The notes under the pieces: generated by a model | Database searches by the model: none | What the model saw: the letters and a program-made list of their open reading frames with translations, nothing else | What the model was told of the DNA's origin: nothing | Shown here: piece after piece, positions 35,093 to 44,001 of the stretch | How positions within the stretch are numbered: position 1 is the stretch's first letter | How the letters are laid out: every line of letters begins with the position of its first letter | DNA from: Escherichia phage 308Ecol101PP | Sequence record: OR062945.1 | Reading direction: 5' to 3' (one strand) | DNA length: 64,000 nucleotides | Translations under genes and position numbers: made by a program

Positions 35093-36910
35093 ATGATTAA
35101 AAATGAAATTAAGGTATTGTCAGATGTAGAACATATTAAGAAACGTAGTGGCATGTATATTGGTTCTTCGGCCAAAGAAGCCCACGAGCGTTTTTTGTTT
35201 GGTAAATATCAACAAGTTGAATATGTTCCTGGTCTGGTTAAATTAATCGATGAGATTATTGACAACTCGGTTGATGAAGCTATTCGTACATCATTTAAGT
35301 TTGCAAATAAAATCGATGTGCAAATTAAAAATAATCAAGTTTCGGTGGAAGATAACGGACGTGGTATTCCTCAAGGTTTAGTTACCGACCAAACAGGTGA
35401 ACAAATTCCTGGGCCTGTAGCAGCCTGGACTATTCCAAAGGCTGGTGGTAACTTTGGTGATGACTCTGAACGCAAGACTGGCGGTATGAACGGCGTCGGG
35501 AGTAGTTTAACTAATATCTTCTCTACGTTGTTTACAGGCATAACGTCAGATGGCGAAAATGAAATCACTGTTAACTGTTCAAACGGAATGGAAAACAAAT
35601 CGTGGTCTTCTAAGAAATCTAAAGGTAAAGGCACTAAAGTAATCTTCACTCCTGATTTCTCTTCGTTTGAAGAACATAATTTATCTCAAATTTATTTAGA
35701 TATTACTTTAGACCGACTTCAAACATTGGCAGTCGTTTATCCTGATATCAAGTTCACATTTAATGGTAAAAAGGTTGATGGTAATTTTAAACGATTTGCT
35801 AAACAATTTGGCGAAGATAACATCATTCAAGAAAATGATAAAGTCTCTATAGCATTCACAACATCACCAGATGGCTTCCGTCATTTAACTTATGTGAATA
35901 ACATCCATACTAAAAATGGTGGTCATCATGTTGAATGTGTAATGGATGATATCTGCGAACATCTTTTGCCGGGTATTAAAAAGAAATATAAGGGTATTGA
36001 AGTCACTAAAGCTCGTGTTAAAGAATGTCTCACAATGTTGATGTTTATTAGAGACATGAGCAACATGCGTTTTGATTCTCAGACTAAAGAACGTTTAACG
36101 TCAACGTATGGTGATATTCGTAATCATATCCAATTGGATGCTAAGAAAATTGCTCAGGCACTTCTTAAAAACGAAGCCTTGATTATGCCTATTGTTGAAG
36201 CAGCATTAGCTCGTAAATTGGCAGCAGAAAAGGCTGCAGAAACTAAAGCAGCTAAAAAGGCAACTAAAGCTAAGGTTCATAAGCATATTAAAGCTAACCA
36301 ATGTGGTAAAGATGCAGATACGACATTGTTCTTAACAGAAGGTGATTCGGCAATTGGTTATCTCATTGATGTTCGTGACCGTGAACTACACGGCGGATTC
36401 CCATTACGTGGTAAGGTGATGAATAGCTGGGGTATGTCATATGCTGATATGATGAAGAACAAAGAGCTCTTTGATATCTGTGCTATCACAGGTCTTATTC
36501 TTGGTGAAAAGGCAGAGAACACGAACTATCGTAATATTGCAATTATGACCGATGCCGATCATGACGGTCTTGGAAGTATTTATCCGGCTTTGCTTGCTTT
36601 CTTTAGTAATTGGCCTGAATTGTTTGAACAAGGACGTATTCGCTTTGTTAAAACGCCTGTAATTATTGCACAAATTGGCAAAACTCAAAAATGGTTTTAT
36701 ACTGTAGCTGAGTATGAAGAAGCTAAAGATACACTTCCTAAGCATAGTATTCGATACATCAAGGGATTAGGCTCCCTTGAAAAGTCAGAATATCGTGAAA
36801 TGATTCAGAACCCTGTGTACGACGTAGTTAAACTTCCTGAAAATTGGAAAGAACTCTTTGAAATGTTGTTGGGTGATGATTCAGAACTTCGTAAAGAATG
36901 GATGTCCTAA
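35093..36910 (+). CDS. 39: gp39 DNA topoisomerase II large subunit (GyrB-like ATPase plus TOPRIM), unsplit form
   Basis: 605 aa; GHKL ATPase motifs (IDEIIDNSVDEA, EDNGRGIP), TOPRIM (LTEGDSA, DADHDG); one continuous ORF. Confidence 0.9.
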   Translation: MIKNEIKVLSDVEHIKKRSGMYIGSSAKEAHERFLFGKYQQVEYVPGLVKLIDEIIDNSVDEAIRTSFKFANKIDVQIKNNQVSVEDNGRGIPQGLVTDQTGEQIPGPVAAWTIPKAGGNFGDDSERKTGGMNGVGSSLTNIFSTLFTGITSDGENEITVNCSNGMENKSWSSKKSKGKGTKVIFTPDFSSFEEHNLSQIYLDITLDRLQTLAVVYPDIKFTFNGKKVDGNFKRFAKQFGEDNIIQENDKVSIAFTTSPDGFRHLTYVNNIHTKNGGHHVECVMDDICEHLLPGIKKKYKGIEVTKARVKECLTMLMFIRDMSNMRFDSQTKERLTSTYGDIRNHIQLDAKKIAQALLKNEALIMPIVEAALARKLAAEKAAETKAAKKATKAKVHKHIKANQCGKDADTTLFLTEGDSAIGYLIDVRDRELHGGFPLRGKVMNSWGMSYADMMKNKELFDICAITGLILGEKAENTNYRNIAIMTDADHDGLGSIYPALLAFFSNWPELFEQGRIRFVKTPVIIAQIGKTQKWFYTVAEYEEAKDTLPKHSIRYIKGLGSLEKSEYREMIQNPVYDVVKLPENWKELFEMLLGDDSELRKEWMS

Positions 36911-36930
36911 GCTCCTTCTGGAGCTTCATT
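36909..36930 (+). terminator. possible terminator hairpin after gene 39
   Basis: AGCTCC-TTCT-GGAGCT followed by TCATTTTAATTTT. Confidence 0.35.
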
Positions 36931-36952
36931 TTAATTTTAATAAGGCTTAATT

Positions 36953-38053
36953 ATGAAAGTTATGTTTATCCCATCTCGCGCAGTCCCATTTAATCCTGAC
37001 CGTGTACAAGGTGGTCTTGAAGCAGTACATTTAAATGTGTTGAAATATCTTGTGTCCATCGGTGCTGATATTGATTATATCGGCTTTGATAATGACACGT
37101 TTGGTGACTGGAAAGTTACACACCATCCTGTTGGTCATCTGACTAAATTTAGTCTAGGTATGAGTTATACTATGGCTCGTAAGATTGTTGAACTAGCCGG
37201 CATCCATGAATACGATTTTGTTGTTACTATGGAACCGACTAAACTAACCGTTCAGGCAATTAAAGACGCAGGTCTCTCTAAAGTTCATAAGAATTTTATG
37301 GCAACACCATTTGAACCGGTATCTCGTGGCATTGTTCAAATTTGGGACCAGACTATTCAAATTCATAAGAATGGTGGTAAGAGTTATGCTCCTACTAAAG
37401 CCTTCCGTGAATTTGAACGCAAATATTGTTATATGACTTCAGGTCTGACTGACAAAATTGATTATGATTATTGGCGAGCAAATCCGTTGTTTGAAGCCGA
37501 AGATTATCCGGTTATTTGTTTGAATGAGAAACCTGAAGTTCTTCCGGCGACTGATCTGATTATTAGTGCACAACGTTATGACACTAAAATGCGTCGTACT
37601 GATGTTGCTCTTGAAGCGATTAAAGCACTAGGCGAAAATGGTGTAGGATACTGTCCAAGCAAATGGGCACCACCAGCTAAATATCCTGTTATTATTGATG
37701 CTCCACACAGTGAAATCATGGAACGTCTTAAAACAGCTAAAGCGCTTATTAATACGTGTCCTGACACAGGTACGGTAGAGAATAGTTCTATTGAAGCCAT
37801 CTCTAAAGGTGTCCCTGTAATCCAGTTAGTTTTTAAGGATTATCCTCATGCGACATTCGAATACGACCCAGATACTGTGCGTGTAGAAATTGATTCCTCT
37901 ACTCCTAAGAAAGAAGTAGTTGCGCTTTACACAAAAGCTGTATTAGAATTCACTGACACATACGAAGCTCGAGTTAAACGTGCTGAAGCAGTATGGAAGA
38001 AGTATAACCGAGATGCAGTTGTTGCGATGTGGGATAAAATCTTCACAGCGTAA
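36953..38053 (+). CDS. GT-B fold glycosyltransferase (GT4-like), candidate DNA hydroxymethylcytosine glycosyl (pentosyl) transferase
   Basis: 366 aa; C-terminal GT-B donor-binding pattern CPDTGTVENSSIEAISKGVPVI (E-x7-E); located between gene 39 and rIIA. Confidence 0.6.
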   Translation: MKVMFIPSRAVPFNPDRVQGGLEAVHLNVLKYLVSIGADIDYIGFDNDTFGDWKVTHHPVGHLTKFSLGMSYTMARKIVELAGIHEYDFVVTMEPTKLTVQAIKDAGLSKVHKNFMATPFEPVSRGIVQIWDQTIQIHKNGGKSYAPTKAFREFERKYCYMTSGLTDKIDYDYWRANPLFEAEDYPVICLNEKPEVLPATDLIISAQRYDTKMRRTDVALEAIKALGENGVGYCPSKWAPPAKYPVIIDAPHSEIMERLKTAKALINTCPDTGTVENSSIEAISKGVPVIQLVFKDYPHATFEYDPDTVRVEIDSSTPKKEVVALYTKAVLEFTDTYEARVKRAEAVWKKYNRDAVVAMWDKIFTA

Positions 38054-38145
38054 ATCCTGAATCGCCTGAGGCACTATTACACATAAGATGATAAATTATA
38101 TGGTCTTTAGTAATAGTGCCCTAGGAATCTACTGAAGAGAATATT

Positions 38146-38346
38146 ATGAGAACATATAACGTGGACTTGGAACTTTTTGATAAAGCAGTGCTCCGGGAAT
38201 TCCGGCTTATCCAAAGATTTTTTGATATCGAGTCAGCAGAGTCCTTTAAAGAACGCTTTAAAGAAATTCGATATAAAATACAAACCGATACAGCTACTAA
38301 AGAAGAACTTCTTGAAGTAGCAGAAATTTTTAAACGTAACTTGTGA
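38146..38346 (+). CDS. hypothetical protein (66 aa)
   Basis: SD GAAGAGAATATT; helical small protein. Confidence 0.45.
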   Translation: MRTYNVDLELFDKAVLREFRLIQRFFDIESAESFKERFKEIRYKIQTDTATKEELLEVAEIFKRNL

Positions 38347-38358
38347 TGAGAGAAAAAT

Positions 38359-40572
38359 ATGATTATTGAAACGGCTAAAGAAACGATTATTGGTTCAGGC
38401 GGTAAGAGCACAGCATTTACTATTCAAGGCAATAGCAAAGTTTATAAGATTTTGTCTAATGACCTTTATACAAACAAAGAATTGGCTTGTGTACGTGAAT
38501 TAATCACAAACTGTATTGATGGGCAAATTCTTAATGGTTGCACTGATAAGTTTATTGTTCAGGCTCCAGGTCGTTTAGACCCACGTTTTGTAGTTCGTGA
38601 TTTTGGACCTGGTATGAGTGATTTCACTATTCGTGGTAATGACGAAGAGCCAGGAATTTATAACTCATATTTTGCTTCAACTAAAACATCGAGTAACGAT
38701 TTCATTGGTGGATTCGGACTCGGCTCTAAAGCTCCATTAGCATATACTGATACGTTTAACCTTACGTCTTATCATAATGGTGAAGTTCGTGGTTACGTAA
38801 TCTACCAAGATGACACAGGTCCACAGATTAAGCCGACCTTTGTAGATAAGATGGGTCCTGATGACCGTACGGGTGTAGAAGTAGTTGTACCGGTTAACCC
38901 GGAAGATTTTGAAAAGTTTGCATCCGAAATTGCATATGTTATGCGTCCTCTAGGTGATATTGCAGAAGTTCGTGGTGTTAAAGATATTAAATACTTCCCA
39001 GAATTTGATGATGTATATTTGGCCAAGGAAGCTCCATGGGGTGAACGTGGTAATATCATGGCTGTTTATGGCGGTATTGTATATCCAATCGGAAGTGTTA
39101 TTAAAGAACAAACATGGATGATGACACGATGCACTACAGCTTATATTAAATTCCCAATGGGTGAACTAGATGTTGCTCCGTCTCGCGAAGCATTGTCATT
39201 TGATAAACGTACAGTAGCAAATATCCATAAACGCGTTGCAGAAATCGATGCTAAATTGTTCGCTGAAGATTCTAAGAAATGGATTGATTGTAAATACCCA
39301 CGACATGTGTTCCGCGAAATTGATTCTCTTGGCTATACCGCTCGTAAATACATGGAAAAGGCCGGGTCTAATATTGAATCACTGAAATACTCTAAAGAAC
39401 AACTAACTTATTCTGAGTTGTACAAACGTTTTAAAATGGGACCTGAGTGGTGTAATCTTGGTGTCGTATACGATATCGTTGAATCCCCTCGTCTTCGTCG
39501 TATTCGTGAAAGTGGTAGCTCATCATCAACCATTTCAATTAACAGCCTGATTGGCATTAACATTAAAAACGTTGAAATTGTTATTGACGATGTTAAGGGA
39601 CGCGTTCCATTAATGCGAGCTCTTAATTCAATTGAAATGTCTAAAGACGAGGTTAAATTATCCGGTAAAGTTCCACGCGGTTTTGGTAAAAGCGTACTAT
39701 TCGTTGACCCTACAGACGAAGATGCAATGAAACTTCTGGAACGCCTTAAAGTTATCTTTGATGGCGACAACATTAACATGTACAAGACTTCAGAGCTTTT
39801 ACAAATCGTTAAGCCATGGATTGAAGTCAGGAAACGGACTAATGAGCCTCGTCCTAAATCCCCGAGTGCTCATCGATTCTTTAAGAATGAAAACGATGTT
39901 TGGGTATCAGAAGACCTCTTTATTCCGGCAAGTGAAGCAGATGAAATCCAAGGTTATGCTATAGTTCGTAATCGTTCTAATGCTGAATGTCTTGACGCAG
40001 ATAAAGGTTGGTTGAACTATGACTCCAATTTCTTGACCCGTATTGCTGATTTGTCAGGTATTAAAGAGTTCACTGTAGTTCGTCCACAGATTGCTAAGAA
40101 AGTTCGTAAACTTGGTGAAGTAGAATGCTTGTTCGAAAAATCAATTAATGACTATATTACGCTAATTGATAAAGTGGATTATGATGAGTATGTATCACCA
40201 AGTCGTAGAGCACAGCCTTATTTGAATCATATTACTCGTAACGAAGAGCTTAACTTCCTTAGTAAGTATTTTAGCTCTAAGAACAAAGAAATCAGTAAAG
40301 ACTTTGCAAAACTCTCAACAGTAAATAATCGTTGGGGATGGAATCGATTCGCAGGTGCTACTAATACAGACCTGAATAAGAAGTTAGAATTGTGTGCTAA
40401 AATTTTCGATAAGCTTAAAGATAATGCTTACGATAATGATGATAAAATGGTTATTGAATTCGAAACCAATTATCATATTGTGTCAGAATACATGGGACGA
40501 CGTGGTACTCTTTCCAAAGAACAGGTCGCTCAAATCGTTAAATTCATGAAGGCCGTGGAAGCGGCCAAATAA
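38359..40572 (+). CDS. rIIA: rIIA protein
   Basis: 737 aa; N-terminal GHKL-type ATPase-like motif (VRELITNCIDG, DFGPGM); followed by rIIB; T4 gene order. Confidence 0.8.
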   Translation: MIIETAKETIIGSGGKSTAFTIQGNSKVYKILSNDLYTNKELACVRELITNCIDGQILNGCTDKFIVQAPGRLDPRFVVRDFGPGMSDFTIRGNDEEPGIYNSYFASTKTSSNDFIGGFGLGSKAPLAYTDTFNLTSYHNGEVRGYVIYQDDTGPQIKPTFVDKMGPDDRTGVEVVVPVNPEDFEKFASEIAYVMRPLGDIAEVRGVKDIKYFPEFDDVYLAKEAPWGERGNIMAVYGGIVYPIGSVIKEQTWMMTRCTTAYIKFPMGELDVAPSREALSFDKRTVANIHKRVAEIDAKLFAEDSKKWIDCKYPRHVFREIDSLGYTARKYMEKAGSNIESLKYSKEQLTYSELYKRFKMGPEWCNLGVVYDIVESPRLRRIRESGSSSSTISINSLIGINIKNVEIVIDDVKGRVPLMRALNSIEMSKDEVKLSGKVPRGFGKSVLFVDPTDEDAMKLLERLKVIFDGDNINMYKTSELLQIVKPWIEVRKRTNEPRPKSPSAHRFFKNENDVWVSEDLFIPASEADEIQGYAIVRNRSNAECLDADKGWLNYDSNFLTRIADLSGIKEFTVVRPQIAKKVRKLGEVECLFEKSINDYITLIDKVDYDEYVSPSRRAQPYLNHITRNEELNFLSKYFSSKNKEISKDFAKLSTVNNRWGWNRFAGATNTDLNKKLELCAKIFDKLKDNAYDNDDKMVIEFETNYHIVSEYMGRRGTLSKEQVAQIVKFMKAVEAAK

Positions 40573-40581
40573 GGAAACATT

Positions 40582-41529
40582 ATGTACAATATTAAATGCT
40601 TGTCCCAAGAAGAACAGTTAGAAGCTTACGGCCTGGTTGAATCAGGCAAATGGACTCGTAAAGAAATTGCCGATTACTTCGACATTTCAACAGATACTCT
40701 TCGTAAGATTGTTAAGAATTTTAAAGCAGAAGGCGTTGTCCCTGAAGCAAACGATGCCTCTTATGTAATCGAAGAAGTTCCAGAAAATGATGAACCTATT
40801 ATCGGCGGACATCGTCCTGAAATCGTATGGAACGCGTCATCTAAATTTATTTCAATTATTGAAGGACGCGTAGCATACAATGCGACTCCATCAAGTCATG
40901 CAAATTTTGAAGAAATTAAAGCTAATCTGGTCGCAGGAAACCTTAGTAAAGCTGTCGAACTTATTAACATCAAGAAAGCTATTAGTAAGTTTGTTGACGG
41001 TAATGTTGTTATTGAAGGTGGTAGTTTATTTTATCAAGGTATAGAGATTCGTTCTGGCCTGGTTAATCGTATTATTGATTCTATGGAAAAAGGCGAAGAC
41101 TTTAAATTCTATCTACCGTTCCTTGAAAACCTGTTAGAAAACCCAAGCGAAAAAGCTGTACAACGTTTATTCGACTTCTTGGTTGCAAATGATATTGAAA
41201 TCACTGAAGATGGGCATTTCTACGCGTGGAAAGTAGTTCGTAAAGATTATTTAGATTGCTATAGCGGTACATTTGATAACTCACCAGGTAAAGTTGTTTC
41301 AATGCCTCGTACTCGTGTTAACGATGATGATACACAAACCTGCTCCCGTGGTCTACATGTTTGCGCTAAATCGTATATTCGTTACTTTGGTTCTAGCTCA
41401 GATAAAGTTGTTAAGGTTAAAGTTCATCCACGTGATGTTGTGTCCATCCCAGTTGACTATGGCGATGCTAAGATGCGTACTTGTCGTTATGAAGTAATTT
41501 CAGACGTTACTGAATTATTTGCAGAATAA
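40582..41529 (+). CDS. rIIB: rIIB protein
   Basis: 315 aa immediately downstream of rIIA; size and position as in T4. Confidence 0.75.
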   Translation: MYNIKCLSQEEQLEAYGLVESGKWTRKEIADYFDISTDTLRKIVKNFKAEGVVPEANDASYVIEEVPENDEPIIGGHRPEIVWNASSKFISIIEGRVAYNATPSSHANFEEIKANLVAGNLSKAVELINIKKAISKFVDGNVVIEGGSLFYQGIEIRSGLVNRIIDSMEKGEDFKFYLPFLENLLENPSEKAVQRLFDFLVANDIEITEDGHFYAWKVVRKDYLDCYSGTFDNSPGKVVSMPRTRVNDDDTQTCSRGLHVCAKSYIRYFGSSSDKVVKVKVHPRDVVSIPVDYGDAKMRTCRYEVISDVTELFAE

Positions 41530-41534
41530 TAATT

Positions 41535-41557
41535 GGGGACTTCGGTCCCCTTTTTTT
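41535..41557 (+). terminator. intrinsic terminator, UUCG hairpin plus T7
   Basis: GGGGAC-TTCG-GTCCCC followed by TTTTTTT. Confidence 0.8.
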
Positions 41558-41571
41558 CTTTAGGGGTAATT

Positions 41572-41859
41572 ATGATTCATCCATTTGACGTATCAGAATC
41601 CAAAATTGCTAATCTTCGTGGTCATCATAAGTGTAAATCAGTTTATTGTGCTAAATTGGTAAAACATCCTGGCGATGCACACTATGGTTGGTTAGAATGC
41701 GACGAAGTTGTTATTGAAATCCCACCGGTAGATGCAGAATATCTTGAAGAAGGTGACCGCATTTATTTTGGCGAACTACACATCAGAGGTATCTATGGTA
41801 AAGACGAACTTGGGACTGTTGAGACTGAAGAATCTTCCGACATTTATCCTGTCGAATGA
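41572..41859 (+). CDS. hypothetical protein (95 aa) with Cys/His cluster
   Basis: ATG 41572; ORF track begins at 41533 inside the terminator; HHKCKSVYCAKLVKHPGDAH. Confidence 0.4.
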   Translation: MIHPFDVSESKIANLRGHHKCKSVYCAKLVKHPGDAHYGWLECDEVVIEIPPVDAEYLEEGDRIYFGELHIRGIYGKDELGTVETEESSDIYPVE

Positions 41860-41875
41860 GTTTTTGACTAGTGAA

Positions 41876-42352
41876 ATGAAGGTGAAGATTGCTGACACTG
41901 CTCGGTATTCCCTGAGCCAAAATCCTGACCAAAACAAAGAAGATGTAGTTCGACGTTGTAAGGTTGCGGTCTTTGCAGAGTATGTAGTAGCAAATTGGCT
42001 AGACGGATATGTTAATAAAGGTATTGAAGACGTAGAAGACCCGTACACGTATGCATGGGACGTGTTAGCCCATCCCAAGTATTGTGGAATTCGTGTAGAA
42101 GTCAAGACACACCAGATAGATTCTAAATGGATTTCTGTTACCACAGGATACAGTGGTGATTATCCAGGTGGCAACGGAATCAACATAGGGCCCTTCTTGA
42201 ACCATCGAGTCGCAGATTGCATTATTATATTAGATGTCAAAGAAACCTCACCTGACGTCTTCTCTTATTCTATAAAGTTCGTGGGAGACCATGAAGACCT
42301 AAAGAAAATCGTCCGCAAGAGCAACTACAACGGGTGGTATCTTCAACTTTAA
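41876..42352 (+). CDS. hypothetical protein (158 aa) in the T4 denB position
   Basis: ATG 41876 after stop of preceding ORF; ORF track begins at 41732; identity with DenB not verified. Confidence 0.35.
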   Translation: MKVKIADTARYSLSQNPDQNKEDVVRRCKVAVFAEYVVANWLDGYVNKGIEDVEDPYTYAWDVLAHPKYCGIRVEVKTHQIDSKWISVTTGYSGDYPGGNGINIGPFLNHRVADCIIILDVKETSPDVFSYSIKFVGDHEDLKKIVRKSNYNGWYLQL

Positions 42353-42363
42353 TTTCATAAAAG

Positions 42364-42393
42364 TGTTTACAACTAAGTAGGACTATGATATAG
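42364..42393 (+). promoter_or_regulatory. early promoter
   Basis: GTTTAC, 18-nt spacer, TATAGT, AGTCCTATC. Confidence 0.55.
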
Positions 42394-42420
42394 TAGTCCT
42401 ATCTAAAAGAGGATAACATC

Positions 42421-42684
42421 ATGAAATTTAAATTTTTCTACGCAAAACATAAAGTAACAGGCGAATTTGTTTCAATGTACAACACTGCAGATGACGAAGG
42501 GATGATTTATACCCATTTGGGTCTATCTCATTGGGACTCAGACGTGCCTTATATGTCATCTGAAGCCGAAATAACTCGTCTGGTTAATGGACATATGAAC
42601 TACCATTTTAGTGTTATTCTTTCTAAAGACCTTAAAGAGGTTATCAACAAAGGATATATGGAACTCGCGGAAGTTGAGATATGA
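42421..42684 (+). CDS. hypothetical protein (87 aa)
   Basis: SD AAGAGGATAA. Confidence 0.5.
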   Translation: MKFKFFYAKHKVTGEFVSMYNTADDEGMIYTHLGLSHWDSDVPYMSSEAEITRLVNGHMNYHFSVILSKDLKEVINKGYMELAEVEI

Positions 42685-42767
42685 GCTCTAAAATGTGGAT
42701 CGGAATATGGTTGCTTAGTATCCCTATGATTTGTATAGTATTTTCAATTGTATTGAGGTACTTATGA
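42681..42767 (+). CDS. hydrophobic micro-protein (28 aa)
   Basis: ATGA-coupled; MSSKMWIGIWLLSIPMICIVFSIVLRYL. Confidence 0.3.
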   Translation: MSSKMWIGIWLLSIPMICIVFSIVLRYL

Positions 42768-42874
42768 AAAATGCACTTATTATTGTACTAAGAACAATTT
42801 GTGATACGGGTTTTTACATCGCATGTTCGTTCACTGGATCATGGTTGGCTTTAACATATTTTAATGTAATTTAA
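42764..42874 (+). CDS. hydrophobic micro-protein (36 aa)
   Basis: ATGA-coupled, SD GAGGT; MKNALIIVLRTICDTGFYIACSFTGSWLALTYFNVI. Confidence 0.3.
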   Translation: MKNALIIVLRTICDTGFYIACSFTGSWLALTYFNVI

Positions 42875-42876
42875 TT

Positions 42877-42906
42877 GTTTACAACAAGGTAGGATTATGG
42901 TATAGT
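42877..42906 (+). promoter_or_regulatory. early promoter
   Basis: GTTTAC, 18-nt spacer, TATAGT, AGTCCTAC. Confidence 0.55.
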
Positions 42907-42934
42907 AGTCCTACTGAAACATGAGGAACACAAA

Positions 42935-43135
42935 ATGGCTAAGCTTTTTAAAGATGTTGAAATTGGTGAAAAATTTGTTCTGAATAATGGTCAGCAGCTT
43001 ATTCGTGTAGCTTCTATCGCCGGACAAACTCATAACTGTATCGCCACAACGTGTTGGACTCGATTCTTTATTGAAGATGACACTGAATGTTTAACTATTG
43101 AAGAGCTTTTTGAACGTTCTGATATAGCCGAATAA
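42935..43135 (+). CDS. hypothetical protein (66 aa)
   Basis: SD GAGGAACACAAA. Confidence 0.45.
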   Translation: MAKLFKDVEIGEKFVLNNGQQLIRVASIAGQTHNCIATTCWTRFFIEDDTECLTIEELFERSDIAE

Positions 43136-43137
43136 AA

Positions 43138-43167
43138 TTGTACAAACTCTTGAGAGCAGAGTATAAT
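43138..43167 (+). promoter_or_regulatory. early promoter
   Basis: TTGTAC, 18-nt spacer, TATAAT; -10 lies between 8-bp inverted repeat arms. Confidence 0.55.
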
Positions 43168-43211
43168 GCTCTCATGGATTACAAAAACATTAATCAATTG
43201 AGGAAATTAGC

Positions 43212-43658
43212 ATGTCCAAATATTTAACTCGTAAAGACCTTCTGGCAGTTGGCGGTGAAGTTGTTGCAGTAGTTCGTAATGGCGAATACGGTTCTGAAGT
43301 TTCTAAAGAGTTTCGTTCTCGTGAAGGTTTTTACTTCTTTGTTAAAGGTTCATCTGACTGGCGTCAAGTTGCAGCACGATTCTTTGTAGGACGTCAACGT
43401 TCTAAACAAGGGTTGGATGCAATTCTTTCTCACATTCGTCAAGGCCGTTCGCAACTAGCCCGTACTATGGGCACTAACAATATTGAATATGATGTAATCT
43501 TTGTTGCAGCTAAGAACATGAAACCCCTGACTACTGGTTATGGTAAAGGACAATTGGCTCTGGCATTCACTCGCAATCATACATCAGAATATCAAACACT
43601 CACTGAAATGAACCGTCTTCTGGCAGATAATTTCAAATTCGTTCTGCAGAGTTACTAA
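43212..43658 (+). CDS. ndd: Ndd nucleoid disruption protein
   Basis: 148 aa; [29 protein letters not shown]..., [31 protein letters not shown] match T4 Ndd as recalled. Confidence 0.75.
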   Translation: MSKYLTRKDLLAVGGEVVAVVRNGEYGSEVSKEFRSREGFYFFVKGSSDWRQVAARFFVGRQRSKQGLDAILSHIRQGRSQLARTMGTNNIEYDVIFVAAKNMKPLTTGYGKGQLALAFTRNHTSEYQTLTEMNRLLADNFKFVLQSY

Positions 43659-43710
43659 TTTATACGGGCCTATTAAGTTAGGCCTTTAATTTATTTTTGA
43701 GGTAATTAAA

Positions 43711-43860
43711 ATGGTAGCATGGATTATTGCATTGCTGTGTTGGTCGTTTTTATTCGTTAACACTTTAGTTACAGGCGAAACAACAGTATTTCAACAGGCT
43801 GTGTCACAAGGTACCTTAGCGGTCTTAGCTCTTCTTAACGTATTAAAAGGCGAGCAATGA
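43711..43860 (+). CDS. small membrane protein (49 aa)
   Basis: SD GAGGTAATTAAA; MVAWIIALLCWSFLFVNTLV...; position resembles the T4 ac/ndd.x region. Confidence 0.4.
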   Translation: MVAWIIALLCWSFLFVNTLVTGETTVFQQAVSQGTLAVLALLNVLKGEQ

Positions 43861-43997
43861 TTAAGAAAATCTTAGCAGGAGCCTTCGGGCTCTTGTTTTT
43901 GCTTACGGTTCTGTACTACGGTGTGATGTTTGGGCTAATCCAAGTAGTGCTTTTCATTTCAGATGTTATAATGGTTATTCGTTCATTAATATGGTGA
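43857..43997 (+). CDS. small membrane protein (46 aa)
   Basis: ATGA-coupled; MIKKILAGAFGLLFLLTVLYYGVMFGLIQVVLFISDVIMVI. Confidence 0.4.
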   Translation: MIKKILAGAFGLLFLLTVLYYGVMFGLIQVVLFISDVIMVIRSLIW

Positions 43998-44001
43998 AAA
44001 T

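Noticed and set aside
43664-43700. Possible terminator after ndd
   Set aside because: Only a 4-bp GGCC stem with a 10-nt loop before the T-rich tract; too weak to call.
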